A stretch of DNA of 64,000 bases from NCBI GenBank assembly GCA_025558095.1, contig JAIVFI010000004.1, positions 893,335 through 957,334 on the forward strand, read 5' to 3'. This document shows positions 1 to 11,621 of this stretch, piece by piece. The translations under genes were made by a program, and so were the position numbers. How positions within the stretch are numbered: position 1 is the stretch's first letter; each line of letters opens with the position of its first letter. The stretch is from Hyaloraphidium curvatum SAG 235-1. Its lineage: Eukaryota > Fungi > Monoblepharomycota. Below the pieces are notes generated by a model that was given only the letters and a program-made list of their open reading frames with translations, made no database searches and was not told the origin of the DNA.

Positions 1-448
1 GGGATGTCGCCGGGGCACCGATTGGGCGCGAGCCCTGGGAGTTGCCGGAAGGGTTGCTGGGCAGCACCTTGTCGGTACCGACGAGCCAGAGCGGGGACTC
101 CTCGTCGGCGAAATTGCACGCCGCCACGTCGGGGAGCAGCCAGCTCTGCGAGCCGCGGAGTTTGAAGCTGCGCACACCCGACGCCGCGACGGAGCCGTCG
201 GCGGCGGCGATGTCGTCCTCGGCCGTCGCGGCGCCGGGTTCGCCGTTCAGGGCGACTGCGCCGACGGCCGCGATGCGGCCCGCGATGCCTTGCGGCGGCG
301 TGCACGGCGCGAGCGCGTCGAAGCCAAACTCGGGGGCGGTGTAGTTGCGGACAAACGCCACGCGGAGGCCGACGGTGGCCGCCGTCGCCGGCATCGCCGC
401 CAGCAGAAGGACGGAGAGGGTCGCCAGCCCTGCAGATTCGCGATGCAT
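1..448 (-). CDS. 5' part of a putative secreted protein, truncated by the window edge
   Basis: ATG at 448 opens a stop-free frame to the edge: MHRESAGLATLSVLLLAAMPATAATVGLRVAFVRNYTAPEFGFD... It has a hydrophobic signal-like N-terminus and GC3-rich codons. It is absent from the ORF track because there is no stop in the window. Confidence 0.6.
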   Translation of the reverse strand, partial: MHRESAGLATLSVLLLAAMPATAATVGLRVAFVRNYTAPEFGFDALAPCTPPQGIAGRIAAVGAVALNGEPGAATAEDDIAAADGSVAASGVRSFKLRGSQSWLLPDVAACNFADEESPLWLVGTDKVLPSNPSGNSQGSRPIGAPATS

Positions 449-722
449 AACAGAGATTCTCGTGGTGAGGTGCAAGAATGCCGTGTGACTCCGTGACTCC
501 GTGTCCCATGCCTTTCGAGCACAGCCCCCCCCCCCCAGCCGCAGAGACCGGTTCGACCCGGCAGGATGCATCACGAGCCTGTGGAGGAGAGCCGCAGTGA
601 GCTGGAAGCTGGTGGTGCTATGGACGGCGGGGATGGCGTTTCGGCAGGTTGCTGGCTGCGTCGTGCACGACTGCCGATGAGGTGAATGATGCGCTCTCAT
701 GGGTGGAAATGACCGCCACATC

Positions 723-1827
723 TCATTCCCACTCCATCTCCCTGCTCCTCACGGGCTTGCTTCCCACGCCGCGCTCGAAGCCGTTCCACATCTTCACCTC
801 CGCGGCCACCCTGTCCTGATAGCCGACTTCTTCGCCATCGACCCCCGCGCCGTACCCGCGCCCCAAATAGTACCCCAAGTCCGGCGAGCCGATCATTTCG
901 TCCCACTCTTCGACGCGGACCCAGGCAAGCCGGCCCAGAGATCTGCGGAGGTCGGCCAGCTCCCCGGGGCCGAAAACGCCGGTGATTCCCATGCACTCCA
1001 CCTCGAGCACGCGCAGGTTCGGTGGGAGGCCGTCGGCCAGGAAGCTGGAGGCGAAATCGCGCAGGTAGAGCTCCTCGAGGTTCTCGCATTCGCACAGGGC
1101 CAGCCAGGTGCCGCGGGGTATCCCCTGCAGATGCCTCTGCCGCACCACCGTCGGATCGAAGGCGCCCGTATTCAGCAGGTTGAGGAGATCGGTGTGCTTG
1201 TTGGATTCCCAGACCTTGATCTTGCGGAGGAAGTCGTGCGAGAGGCGGTGGAAATGCGAGGGTTCATCGTCAAGATCGGAGTAAACCATGTGGTCGGCCT
1301 AGCGCTCCACGCGCTGTAGTGCCGGACAGGCGCGGTCGAGGGAATTCACGACGGGAACTTTCGCCAGCCCGCGCAAGATGAGCGTGCGGAGCGAAGGCAT
1401 CACGAATCGTTGCGGAGAGAACCCCCGTAGAGGTGGTCCGGGGAAGCGGAAGAAAACTCGACGTCCAGAAAGACCAGATGATCGAGCCTGAGCCCGTCGA
1501 AGAGGGCGGTAGTTCGGTGTCCGGGTTCAGCGCCTGCACCGAGAGCACCTTCCGGTCGTGCGGGAGCAGGAGCGAATGGTAGGCGCGGCACGCCAACATG
1601 AGCTCCACAAGACTCCACGTTTCGGGCCGGAGGAACTCCCCGATTCGCAGGACGAGCTCGGGAGGGAAGGTGGGACCGTCGTCGCAGTCCGAGCCCGCGG
1701 AGGTGGGCGCCGTGCGAACGCGGGATCTGAGCCGGGCGCGGAGCTCCGCATTCTCTTTGCGCAGTTGCGCGTTCTCAAGCCGGAGGCGTTCGAGCTCTGC
1801 CGCGTCCGACGGGGAGAGCGTGTTCAT
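723..1827 (-). pseudogene. Degraded paralog of the coiled-coil/F-box-like/LRR gene at 21763
   Basis: N-terminus ELERLRLENAQLR...GPTFPPELVLRIGEFL...LVELMLACRAYHSLLL matches ELQRLRDENAALR...GPAFPPELILKIGRFL...LVELLLCCRAYHALLL of 21763. Homology continues across three frames, with an in-frame TAG at 1299-1301 (ACPALQRVER*ADHMVYS). C-terminus GYQDRVAAEV resembles GHRDRVRAEL. Confidence 0.75.
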
Positions 1828-2008
1828 CTTTGAAGAGTAGGTCCGTCGCGAGCGCCAGCAGGCAGCTCCAGACCGACTCTTTTGACCCCACAGACAAATC
1901 ACTGCTCACACAGTGCATTGCAAATATCTAGGTACAAATGGACGTTTCCATGACCAAGTCCTCAGCATTCCACGCGGCTCAACGGCACTCCACCATCGCG
2001 ATCTGCAT

Positions 2009-5000
2009 TTACGGGTTCGCGTTCTCCGGCTCCTCGGGCACCTCCAGGAAGTCGAGCTCCGAGAGGTAGAGCCCGCTCGTGATGGTGATGTTGTAAAAGT
2101 CGACGGCTCCCGGAGCGGTGACCCATCCGAGGGGTTGGGCTGGAGGAGGGGCAAGGTCAGCATCGGCAACATCCCGAAGCCTGCGCGCTCAAACTCACTC
2201 TGCTGCACGCGATAGTTGCCCGGGGGGATCATCGTGAAGTTGTACCACCCCGTCTGAGGGTCCGATGCCACGAAGAAGAGCTGCTGCTCGCCGAGGTAGT
2301 TGGTCCCCGTGATGGCGATGCCGACGCCGCCGATGGGGATGTCGAGCGGGTCGCCGTCCCACAACCCGTTCTCGTTCTTGTCGAACCACACGCGCCCGGT
2401 GACGCCGCCGTCTTGCAGGGGCGTGGCGGTGGCGGTCCGGCTCGAGGAGGTCCGGGTGAGGCTCGACGTGGAAGTGAAGCTCGTCGTGGAGGAGCGGGTG
2501 AACGAGGTCGTCGCCGTGCGCGTCGCGGTGGTCGTGACGGTCGAACTGGTCCAGTAGCCCGCATGGCCGAGCTCGGGGAAGTTGTTGCGCGCGATGCACG
2601 CGGCGGTGAGGTCGATGTTGGACACGACGGTGGCCGTGCTGCTGGCCGAGGCGTTGCCGTTGAGGTAGCCGAACGGCTGGGTCTGCGTGACCGTGTACGT
2701 CCCGGGCTTGAGGCCGTTGAAGTAGTACATGCCATTGACGTTGATTCTGTTGCTGCCGCAGCTGAGGTCCAGGCACAACGAGTTTGTGCAGAAGGTGTTG
2801 GAGCCGCAGGATCCAGAGCTGCAGCTGTAGCTGTTCATGGTCCGCGAGACTGCAGCCCCGTTGACGTCCGTGCCCGTGAGGGTGAACACGACGTTCGAGA
2901 TTCCGACCTCCGTAACGGGATTAAAGATGTCGTCGGTCGGGGAGATGTCGACGAACGTGCGGCCCGAGACCACGAGGTTGGTGGCCGCGCCCGACGAGAT
3001 GGCGTCCGAGTCGCAGGTCAGGCCCCACCACTGGAAGGGCACGCTGTTGGGCCCGCGCACGGCCACGGTAGTCGTCGACTGCAGCACGCTGTTCTGGGCG
3101 TTTTTGAAGCCCGACGGGTTGATCTTGGTGATGGTGTAGTCGCCCGCGTCCACGTTGGCGAAGGCGTAAGCGCCCGTGCAATCCGTCACGGCCTGCGTGG
3201 AAACCGCCACGCCGAAGAGGTTGGTGCCCGTTGCCTGGATCGTGACGGATCGGATGGGCTGCTCGCCGTTGGTGAAGGCGCCGTTGTCATCGGCATCGAA
3301 GTAGACCCTGCCCGTGATCGAGGCCCGCGCAAACGTCGTCGTGCTCGTGGTGCGCGAGGTGGTGCTCTGCGTGGTCGTCCGCGTGCGCGTGCGGGTCCAG
3401 GTGACGAGCTCGCCAAAGTTGTAGTCCAGGTCGAGCGTCCCGCCGACGACGATGATGTTGGAGATGAGCGTGCCGGGCCCCAGCGAGTCGAACGTGCCGC
3501 TGGGCTGGTACTCGCGCACGGTATAGGTCCCGGGGCGCAGTGCGAGGAAGCGGTAGGTGCCGTTGGGCCTGGTGATGGCGAGGCGGCTCACGCGCACGCC
3601 CTCGGTGGTGTTGCCCGACAGGCGGATAACGGTGCCCGAGATCGGGGTCTCGCCCTCCTGGTAGACGCCGTCCTGCGACCAATCGACATAGACGATGCCG
3701 CCGATGGCGCCCATGGGGTTCGGGTTGACGTCGGGCTGAAGGAGCGTAAGCGGGAAGTCGTTGCCTATTGCGCACAAGGAGATCGGGTCAGCGGAATCCA
3801 AGTAGGCGCAATCCAGGCAAAATGCTCACCAGACCACAGGAACTTGGAGTTGGTCACGTTCTCGAGCCGCGTCTCGTACCAGCCGCTCGCCGGCGGCACC
3901 GTGTAGCCCGCCGGCACGTCCCGCTCGACGAGGTACTGCTTGCCCGGGTCGAGCGGCGCGAACAGGTACTGCCCGAACTCGTCCGTGACGGTCGTTGCCA
4001 GGGCGGAGCCGACCTTGTTCCCGTTCCCGTCCGTCTCGAAGATGCGCACGGTGACGTTGGGCACGGGGAACTTGTCCTCGGTGTAGATGCCGTCGCCCGT
4101 CGGCGAGTCGACAAAGACGATGCCCGAGAGCGCGACGGCGACCTCGCCAAAGTCCTGGTTCAGCAGGACCTGGCTCTCGCCCAGGGTGGGGACGGCGATG
4201 ACGGTGGCTGGGCCCAGGGGCGAGTTTGCGAAGCCGGCGGGCTGCACCTCGGTGATGGTGTACCCGCTCGTGGTGCCGCGGAGGTCGCCAAAGGCGTACA
4301 GGCCGGAAGGGTCGGTGGTGGTGGTCAGGTTGACGGATTCGCCGCGCGAATTGGTGCCGGTGAGGGAGAGCGTGACGTTTGACAGGCCGAGCTCGCCGTC
4401 GTCCCAGACGCCGTTGGAGTTGCTGTCGATGTAGACGCGGCCGGCGATGAGCGCGTTGGGGCGGAGGGTCGTCGTCGTGCGGGTCTGCGACCTCGTGCGG
4501 GTGGCCGTCGCCTGTAGGGGAGGGGATGCGTCAACCGGGGCGCCACGGCAACCGGAGGGCAAAACACATACGCTGCGCGTCGTCGTCAGGGTTTCCGACA
4601 GCGTGGTGGTGGGCTCCGCAGTTTGCGTTTGCGACTGCGTTTCGGTCGGCAACTCGACGGTGGTCGTCTCCGCAGCCTGCGTTTGCGTTTCGGTCGGCAG
4701 CTCGGCGGTCTGCGTCGCCGTCCAGGCCGTCCAAGTCGTGGTCACCATGATCTCGCCAAAATCGTTGTCGAGGTCGGAATCGCCGTCCACCAGCACCTTG
4801 GAGAGGATCTGGGTCGCCGGCCCCGCGGGCGAGTCGAGGTACCCGGCCGGCTGCTCCTCGTAGATGCTGTACGTCCCCGGGCGGAGGTTCGGGAACAGGT
4901 AGGTGCCGTCGGCGCCCGTGGTGGTCGTGAGGTTGATCGCCGCGCCGAGGTCGTTGGTGCCGAGCAGGTTGATGACGACGCCGGGGATGGCGACCTCGCC

Positions 5001-7293
5001 GTCGTCCACGCCGTTCAGGTTCGCGTCAACGTACACTCGGCCGCCGATCTCGGCGCTGGGGTCCGTGGGCGTGGGGGGGACGTAGCCGTCGGGCTGCTGG
5101 CACGACTTGCCGACGATCGAGGCGTGGATCTGCACGTAGTACCCGCCGGGGCACGAGGGGAAGCTGCCGGAGGAGGAGACGACGAAGGGCGAGCCGCCGT
5201 TGCCGGCCGCGACTATGGGGTACTGGCCGGGCGCCGTGTTGCCGACGGGCTGTGCGGTGGGGCGGGTGAGCACGAATGCATGCATGCGCGCAGGGGGGGC
5301 GGGACGCACCTTGGTGCACGAGTAGAGCACGTGGCCGTCGGTGATGTTGTTGCCGGTGAAGGGCGCAAAGGTGACCTCGATGCCCGTCCCGGTCAGGCCG
5401 ATGTAGGCGGACGCCATGAGCTCGCCGCAGTTCTTGCCCCCGGCGGCCGCGCCCGTCCCGGGCCGCGCGCAGGTCGAGTTGTCGCCCCGCGCAAACGCCG
5501 AGGCGCCGACGGCGAAGAGGGAAGAGTAGTTGCCGGGCTGGATGGGACCAATGATGATGCCCCAGCGGGTGGCGTCGGACGGGCTGTAGGGCTGCCCGGG
5601 GGACCAGGCGAAGCCGGTGCCGCCCGAGCCGGCACAGGGTACCACAGGGGTCGGGGTGGGGGTGGCGTCGGGGTAGCCGCAGCCGTAGGTGGCCGAGGGT
5701 TGGGCCGAGACGAAGCACTTGCCGTAGCCCAGCTGGCATCCGGCGCCGCACCAGGCTTCACCCGAGTTGCCGCCGTCGTCTGCAAAGGGGGCGGGGTCAG
5801 CCCGTGCATGCGGCGCGCATGCGATGCAACGCACCCTGGCAGAAGCCTGCTTCGGAGCAGCAGACACCGCGCCTGCACCGCTTGCCGTTCTTGGTCCCGC
5901 AGCACCCGTCCACCGACACCTCGTAGTTCTGGCACGCCAGGTACACCGGCGTCCCCGCGCTCACGCTGGCGCGCATCCCCGTGACCGTGGTGCGGCTCCA
6001 CGTGAGCGTGGTCCTCGTCATGCGGGTGCGCGTGGTGGTGGTGGTGACCTCGGGGGCCGTGTCGGGGCAGGTGAAGGACTCCTGCACCGGGCCGGAGCCG
6101 ACGAAGCACTTTCCGTAGCCGAGCTGGCAGCCGGTGCCGCACCAGGGCTCGCCGGAGTTACCGCCGTCGTCCTGTCGCATGCAAAGTGAGCTAGGGTGCA
6201 CGGGGGATGCGGGGGTTGCATGCGTACCTGGCACACGCCCCACTGCGAGCAGCACAGGCCGGGCGGGCACCGCTTGCCGACGTTGGTGCCGCACTTGTAG
6301 TTGTCCGAGATGGGGATCCTGGTGCAGGCGTTGTACACGGGTGTGCCGCGGGATACGCGGGTGAGGGTGTGCGTGGGCTCGGTGCCATCGACCTCGGCCT
6401 CGCGGGTGGGGGCCGAGGGCGGGGCGGTGGGGCAGGTGAAGGAGGTCGAGACGGGGCGGCAGCCGACGAAGCATTTGCCGTAGCCGAGCTGGCAGCCGCC
6501 GCCACACCACGGGATGCCCGAATCGTCGCCGTCGTCCTGGCACCAACCCTGTGCACCGCAATCCGTCAGAAAGAGCCCGTTGGGCCGACAATGCGCCCGC
6601 AACCTACCCATTCCGAGCAGCAGAGCCCCTCGGGGCACTTCTTGCCCCCGCTCTGCACGCCGCAGCGGCCGTCGGTGGTCACGTCGAGCGTCGGGCAGGC
6701 CATGTAGACCGGCACGCTCTTGGACACGGTGGTGAGGGTGTAGGGCGCCGGGCCCGAGGCGGTGGGGCACACCGAGTCGGGCAGCCGCCGCCTGTTGGCG
6801 GGGATGTGGCACTTGCCGTAGCCGATCTGGGCGGGGGGGTCGGGGTCAGCCGCCGGGCGGGGGGGACGGCCGTCCGGCCGCGCGGGGGAGGGGGGCCCAC
6901 CTGGCATCCGGCGCCGCACCAGGCCTCGCCCGAATCGCCTCCATCGTCTTGGCAATAACCCCATTGAGAGCAGCACTTGTTGTCCGGGCAGCGGGCGCCC
7001 CCGTTAAACCGGCCGCAACGCCCCTCAGTCGAAACAGCCAGCGTCGCGCAGGCCGCGACCACCGGCGTGCCGGCCGACACGGTGGTGACCGGCTGCGGCG
7101 CCGCCACATCGCGGTCGGCGTAGGGGCCCTCGGCGGCGAGATCGCCGAAGTCGACGTGCCCGGCCAGTTGCCGCCGCCTGAGCGAGGGAGCGACCGTCGG
7201 CCAGCAGCCGCCCGGCGCCGCGACAGCCTCCCCGATGAGCCCGAATGCCGCAAAGGCCGCCGCGAGCGCCGCGAGCGAGATCCGCGGGCGCAT
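2009..7293 (-). CDS. Large secreted multi-exon protein: signal peptide + 4x hevein/CBM18 chitin-binding + unknown domain + 7x SdrD-B-like repeats with Thr-rich linkers
   Basis: Signal peptide MRPRISLAALAAAFAAFGLIGEAVA. Four repeats CG...C...CCSxxGxCQDDG.DSG..WCG.GCQ.GYGKC at about 5700-7050. Seven repeats of type G.V(Y/F/W).D....G....E..I..V...L.G......T...G.Y.F..L.PG.Y...E.QP.G at about 2010-5055. The last exon after the GTGAGT...CAG intron reads TQPLGWVTAPGAVDFYNITITSGLYLSELDFLEVPEEPENANP-TAA (2009). Confidence 0.85.
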
Positions 7294-8085
7294 CGGCGGT
7301 TTTCGTGTGTTTGGTGTGGTGTGGTGTGCAGTGACCGCTCCGCCCAACGCCGAAAGTGATTCCCGCGTCTAGGGACCAACATTCTAATCGAAGCGTTCGA
7401 TCTCGGCCACCAGGCGCCGCTGAGCCGCCGGGACACCGCCAGACACCTAAGCAGATTCAAGAGAAATCGCAGAGCCGTCCGTGGCCCCCTCGGTGGCCGC
7501 CGGCGCCGAGGAAAGAAAGTACCCTCTTTTCCCTTGCCCAAAAAAAGGAAGGGTCCTCCGACGTCCTCCGATGCCCGCCGTCAGCGCTGCCCGCCGTCCG
7601 CTCCGCCTTCTGTACCCTCGATCGCCCTCCCCGGGCCTCCATTTTTTGCTCAAGGGGCCCGCCGACCCGCCGCCCGCTCCCGGCGGGGCGATCCGCGGGT
7701 GGCCGGTCGGACCAATCGGGCCGCCGAATCGGCCGCGCCGGCAGCACCTCCGCAAGCCTGATCCCGTCACGCAAGGGTGCGGTGGGATCACTGTCGGTGG
7801 GATCGAAGTCGATGGGGGGATCCGGAGTTGGGCGGCCGCGCGCCGGTGGTCCGGGGCCGGGGCATCGGAGGGCGGGGAAGCCCTGGCGGCCGGCGGGGAC
7901 CGGCACAGCACGAAGCGCGCACAATTCCACAGCACGAAGCCTGCTGACGTTGCATAGGCCTAGGAATGAGCCGGCCGTAGACTGCTTGATGATCCAAGAC
8001 GATACTCTTTTTGGAAGGGCCCAGTTACGGCACCCCGTCCCATCTCATACGACCTTGGTGGCGTAGGCGACCGCGGCCGGCATCG

Positions 8086-8720
8086 TCAATCCCTCTTGGA
8101 GCACGTCTTGCCCAGCACCTTGTCGTAACAGTACGCCCGGACCTCCAACCACCACTCCATGTCCGGCACGGCAAAGGTCTCGATGCAGCTCCCGCCCTCG
8201 CCCCCGCAGTTCTTGATGAAGACCTCGAAGCACCGCACGCTCAGGTACGCCCCGCCGCCGTCGTTCGACTTGAGGACCATCGGGTCCGTGACCTCCTGCG
8301 CGCGGCATCCGCCGTCAGCCAAGCCCCGTCCCGGCGGGCGGGGGGATCCCGGCCCATCGGACCCACGTTGCTGATCGTCATCAGGCTCCCCGGCAGCCCG
8401 CAGACGCTGTCCCACACCTCCAGCGTCGCCCGGATGCCCGCCCTCTTCCCGAGCCGGTAGCCCCCCGGCATGCCCGAGGTGAGGTGCAGGAAGTACTTGT
8501 CCGCCCAGTCGATCCGCACGGCGCAGCGGACCTCGCCGCGGCCGTAGGGGCGGCAGTGCGAGGCGTGCTTGTTGGCGAATTTGAGGCGGGGATCCTCGCC
8601 GTACGTGCGGCCGGGCGGGAGCATGCCGGCGCCCTCGACCTCGTCGCCAAGGGCGCGGGGGGCGGAGAGCAGCGCGGGGAGGAGGCAGAGGAGGAGGGCG
8701 AGGGGCGGAAACCGTGGCAT
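8086..8720 (-). CDS. Small secreted Cys-rich protein of unknown function (2 exons)
   Basis: Signal peptide MPRFPPLALLLCLLPALLSAPRALG. The GT-AG intron 8296-8366 joins ...LMTISN to EVTDPMVLKS...KTCSKRD*. Confidence 0.7.
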
Positions 8721-10420
8721 GTCGCGGAGCAGGCGGCGCGTTTCTTTGCTTTCGCCGCGCGCGACGGTCGGAATCCTGCTCCTGGGGAAACACGGGCCGG
8801 GGAGGCAGCGGAGGGTGAGCGGGTGCAGCCGCGCTCGAGTCAACACCGCCCGGGGACCATTCAGCGCGATCCCACCCGAGCCTTGCCCACAGTTTTCCGG
8901 CGCAGAACGCGGGGCGAATCGCCTCCGACGTCCGGACGAGTCCGAGGCCATGACGAGCGGTGATCGATCGGCGCTGGCCGGTACATGCGTCCAACCCGGC
9001 CGAGTCCACCCACCGCGAGTCCCACGCGATCCGATCCCACACTCCGGGGCGATCCGGCCGCCCAAACAAAGCGGTGGGAAAGAAGGCCCGCGGGGAGTGA
9101 CCTGGTGGGCGGAAGAAAACAAAAATCAGCGGCCGAGCACGGCACCGTCGGAGAAAGCGGCAAGCGATGCGGCCTATCAGAAACACGAGATTGGCGCCAT
9201 GTCCCGGCGACGGAGTACGCAAGATAAATCCAAAGCAAGCAAGCATCTTGCCGCACATGTCGGGTAGCTCCTCCGATGGGGATTCGTACACGTACCTGCC
9301 CGACTGGTGTTGCCGCCTCATCATGGCTTATTCCGTCGACGACCTTGGTTCGGGGCCAGATCCAGCCGTTCCGCGACCCGCCATCAGCCGAAGGCAAATG
9401 AACTTGGCAAGCTGTCTGTGAGCGAGGGGATCGCCGATCTTCGGGGAGGAGTGAGCTGTTGGGGAGGCAGGGAGTAAGTAAGCCAAAGAGTAGAGGGGCT
9501 GCGAGAGAGAATAGGCCCTTCAGCGATCAGAAGTACGATGTGCCATATCATATACGATGAGCGATGCTCACGGATCGAATCAGGTCCTGCATGCTTCATC
9601 ATCTCGCAGAGCACGCAAGGCTCGCTGCAGCCTCGCCTCCTTACCAATTGAGCCCGAAAGGAAGGAGCGAATTGGTCCTGTGAAGGAGCACCGATTAGTG
9701 GCCGAGCGAGCGTGTTCAGCGCTTGCGAGTTGCACCAATCGGCGATCAGAAACAGGGTTGTGCGTCACTTCCAGCGGCGGACATCCGCCCCCGAATCCGA
9801 TGGATGCCGATGATTTGATCCATCCCGTCGCCTTTGAAAACTCAGTCTCATCTGGAGTGATCACGCACCAGACACCAGGTTGTTCGCCCGCTCTGACGTC
9901 CGAAAGCCTCCCCGGACCGCCACGCCATCGCGGTCTCTCCGTCCGTTCCCCGCAGGCGGATGCGGTCGCTCGTGTGCCATGTCAAATTGAAGGCGCGGAA
10001 GGTTTCCAGGCGTGTTTTCCGAAGGTCCCGGTTGAGGGCCAAAAGTGCGATAAAGCCCGTCCGCGGCGTCGGGCCGTCCCTGGCGCCCATCAATGACCTC
10101 AGACACGCCCATGCTGCACCACGTTCCTCGTTGTAAACGTGCGCTGAGGAATAATGAGAGGCTCCGTGGCGCTGGCTATCGCTATCGCTGCTCGGTGATG
10201 GTTCGTGCAGTCGCTGCTCGTCCGCGTACGCTGGAACAGGTTCGGCGCCTTGCGGGCCGCCTCTGAGAACTCCTCGAAACCCCCTTTCCCGCGTTACAGG
10301 CCCTCCATTCCCGCCGCAAATCCGCCTCGCTCCTGCTAAGAACTCTTTGTCGGCTTCTGTGTTTGGACATTCCGCTTTTCCCCCCTCCGCGGCCTCCACA
10401 TCCCGCCGCAACTCGCCGAA

Positions 10421-11405
10421 ATGTCTCCCAAGACCGCCCTTGTGACCGGAGCAGCGGGAGCCTTTGGCCGCTGGATCTCCCTCCGCCTGCACGAGCGTGG
10501 CTGGGACGTGGTCCTCGTCTGCCGGCAGAAGGCGCAGGCCGAGGAGGCCATCTCGTGGATCCGCGAGACGGCCAAAGGCGACGGGCAGCTCATCGCCGAG
10601 CAGTGCGACCTGGGCTCCTACCGCGGGATCAAGGCGTTCGCGGAGGCGTACGTCGCGTCGGGGAGGGACCTGCACTGCCTCGTGAACAACGCGGTGTCGT
10701 CGCCGCGCAAGAGGAGCGAGACGTCGGACGGGCTGGAGGTGCAGTTCGGGGTCAACGTGATGGCGTACGTCTGGCTCGCCAGAGGGCTGTGGCCCGCGCT
10801 GGTGAGGAGCGGGAAGCAGGGGGATCCGGCGAGGATTGTCAACGTGGCGAGCTGGTATGCCGGGGGCCTGGACGTCGCGGATCCTGAGTTCAAGAACCGG
10901 GCGTACGAGGCCAACAAGGGGTACACGCAGAGCAAGCAGGCCAACCGGATGCTGACGACCATGTTTGCCGAGAAGTACCCGGAGTTCAAGGAGGGCAACC
11001 TGTGGATCTGCTCCGTCTACCCCGTAGGCCTCTCGTTGGGGTTTACCGTTGCCTCAAACTAATCAACATCCGTTGGATGCCGTGTCCCGCAGGCCTACTC
11101 GCCCTCCAAGCTCACCAAGGACCTCGGCACCTCCTCCGGCGCCCCCGACGACCGTGGGTTTCCCGTTCGTCGATTCTTTGCCCGAACTCACGCCTCGACT
11201 CGCCTCAGCATCGCAGGGCGCGGTCGCACCCGTGTGGTGCGCGACGGACCCCAAGCTCGCGCGGCCCGAGACGGCCGGGTACTGGGTCCCCGATGCCGGC
11301 AAGTCGGAGCCCGAGGAGTACGCCAAGGACCGCAAGGCGATGGCGGCGCTGTGGAAGTACGTGGAGGAGACGACGGAGAGGCTCGAGAGTGCGGCTTCGT
11401 TGTAG
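10421..11405 (+). CDS. Short-chain dehydrogenase/reductase (retinol dehydrogenase/WWOX-like), 3 exons
   Basis: TALVTGAAGAFG Rossmann motif, CDLGS, LVNNA, IVNVAS and catalytic YTQSK (YxxxK). Two GT-AG introns lie between about 11024 and 11208. Confidence 0.9.
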
Positions 11406-11621
11406 AAAGCTGGGGACAGAGAGTTGATTGCGTTACATGGGTCGACTGTCTCTCGTCCTTTCGTCTGAGCCCGCAGAGACAGAGAATACCGGTCCCTCCT
11501 TCATCAGCAACAATCGCTCCGCGATGAGGACGGGTCGTTCCTTCATCCAGAGTAGTAAACGGTGCTCCCAAGGAGTCCAACAGTGTCCTTGGAGTGCCCC
11601 CTTCCCCCGGTCTCCTCGCCC

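Noticed and set aside
1299-1301. In-frame TAG as evidence of stop-codon reassignment
   Set aside because: The same locus has frameshifts and a deletion, and TAG terminates intact genes here (SDR, BVMO, kinase, MFS). A pseudogene explains it.
7500-7900. Hairpins upstream of the CBM18-SdrD gene as a MITE or ncRNA
   Set aside because: Only short stems expected at this GC content. No terminal inverted repeats with target-site duplication and no second copy in the window.
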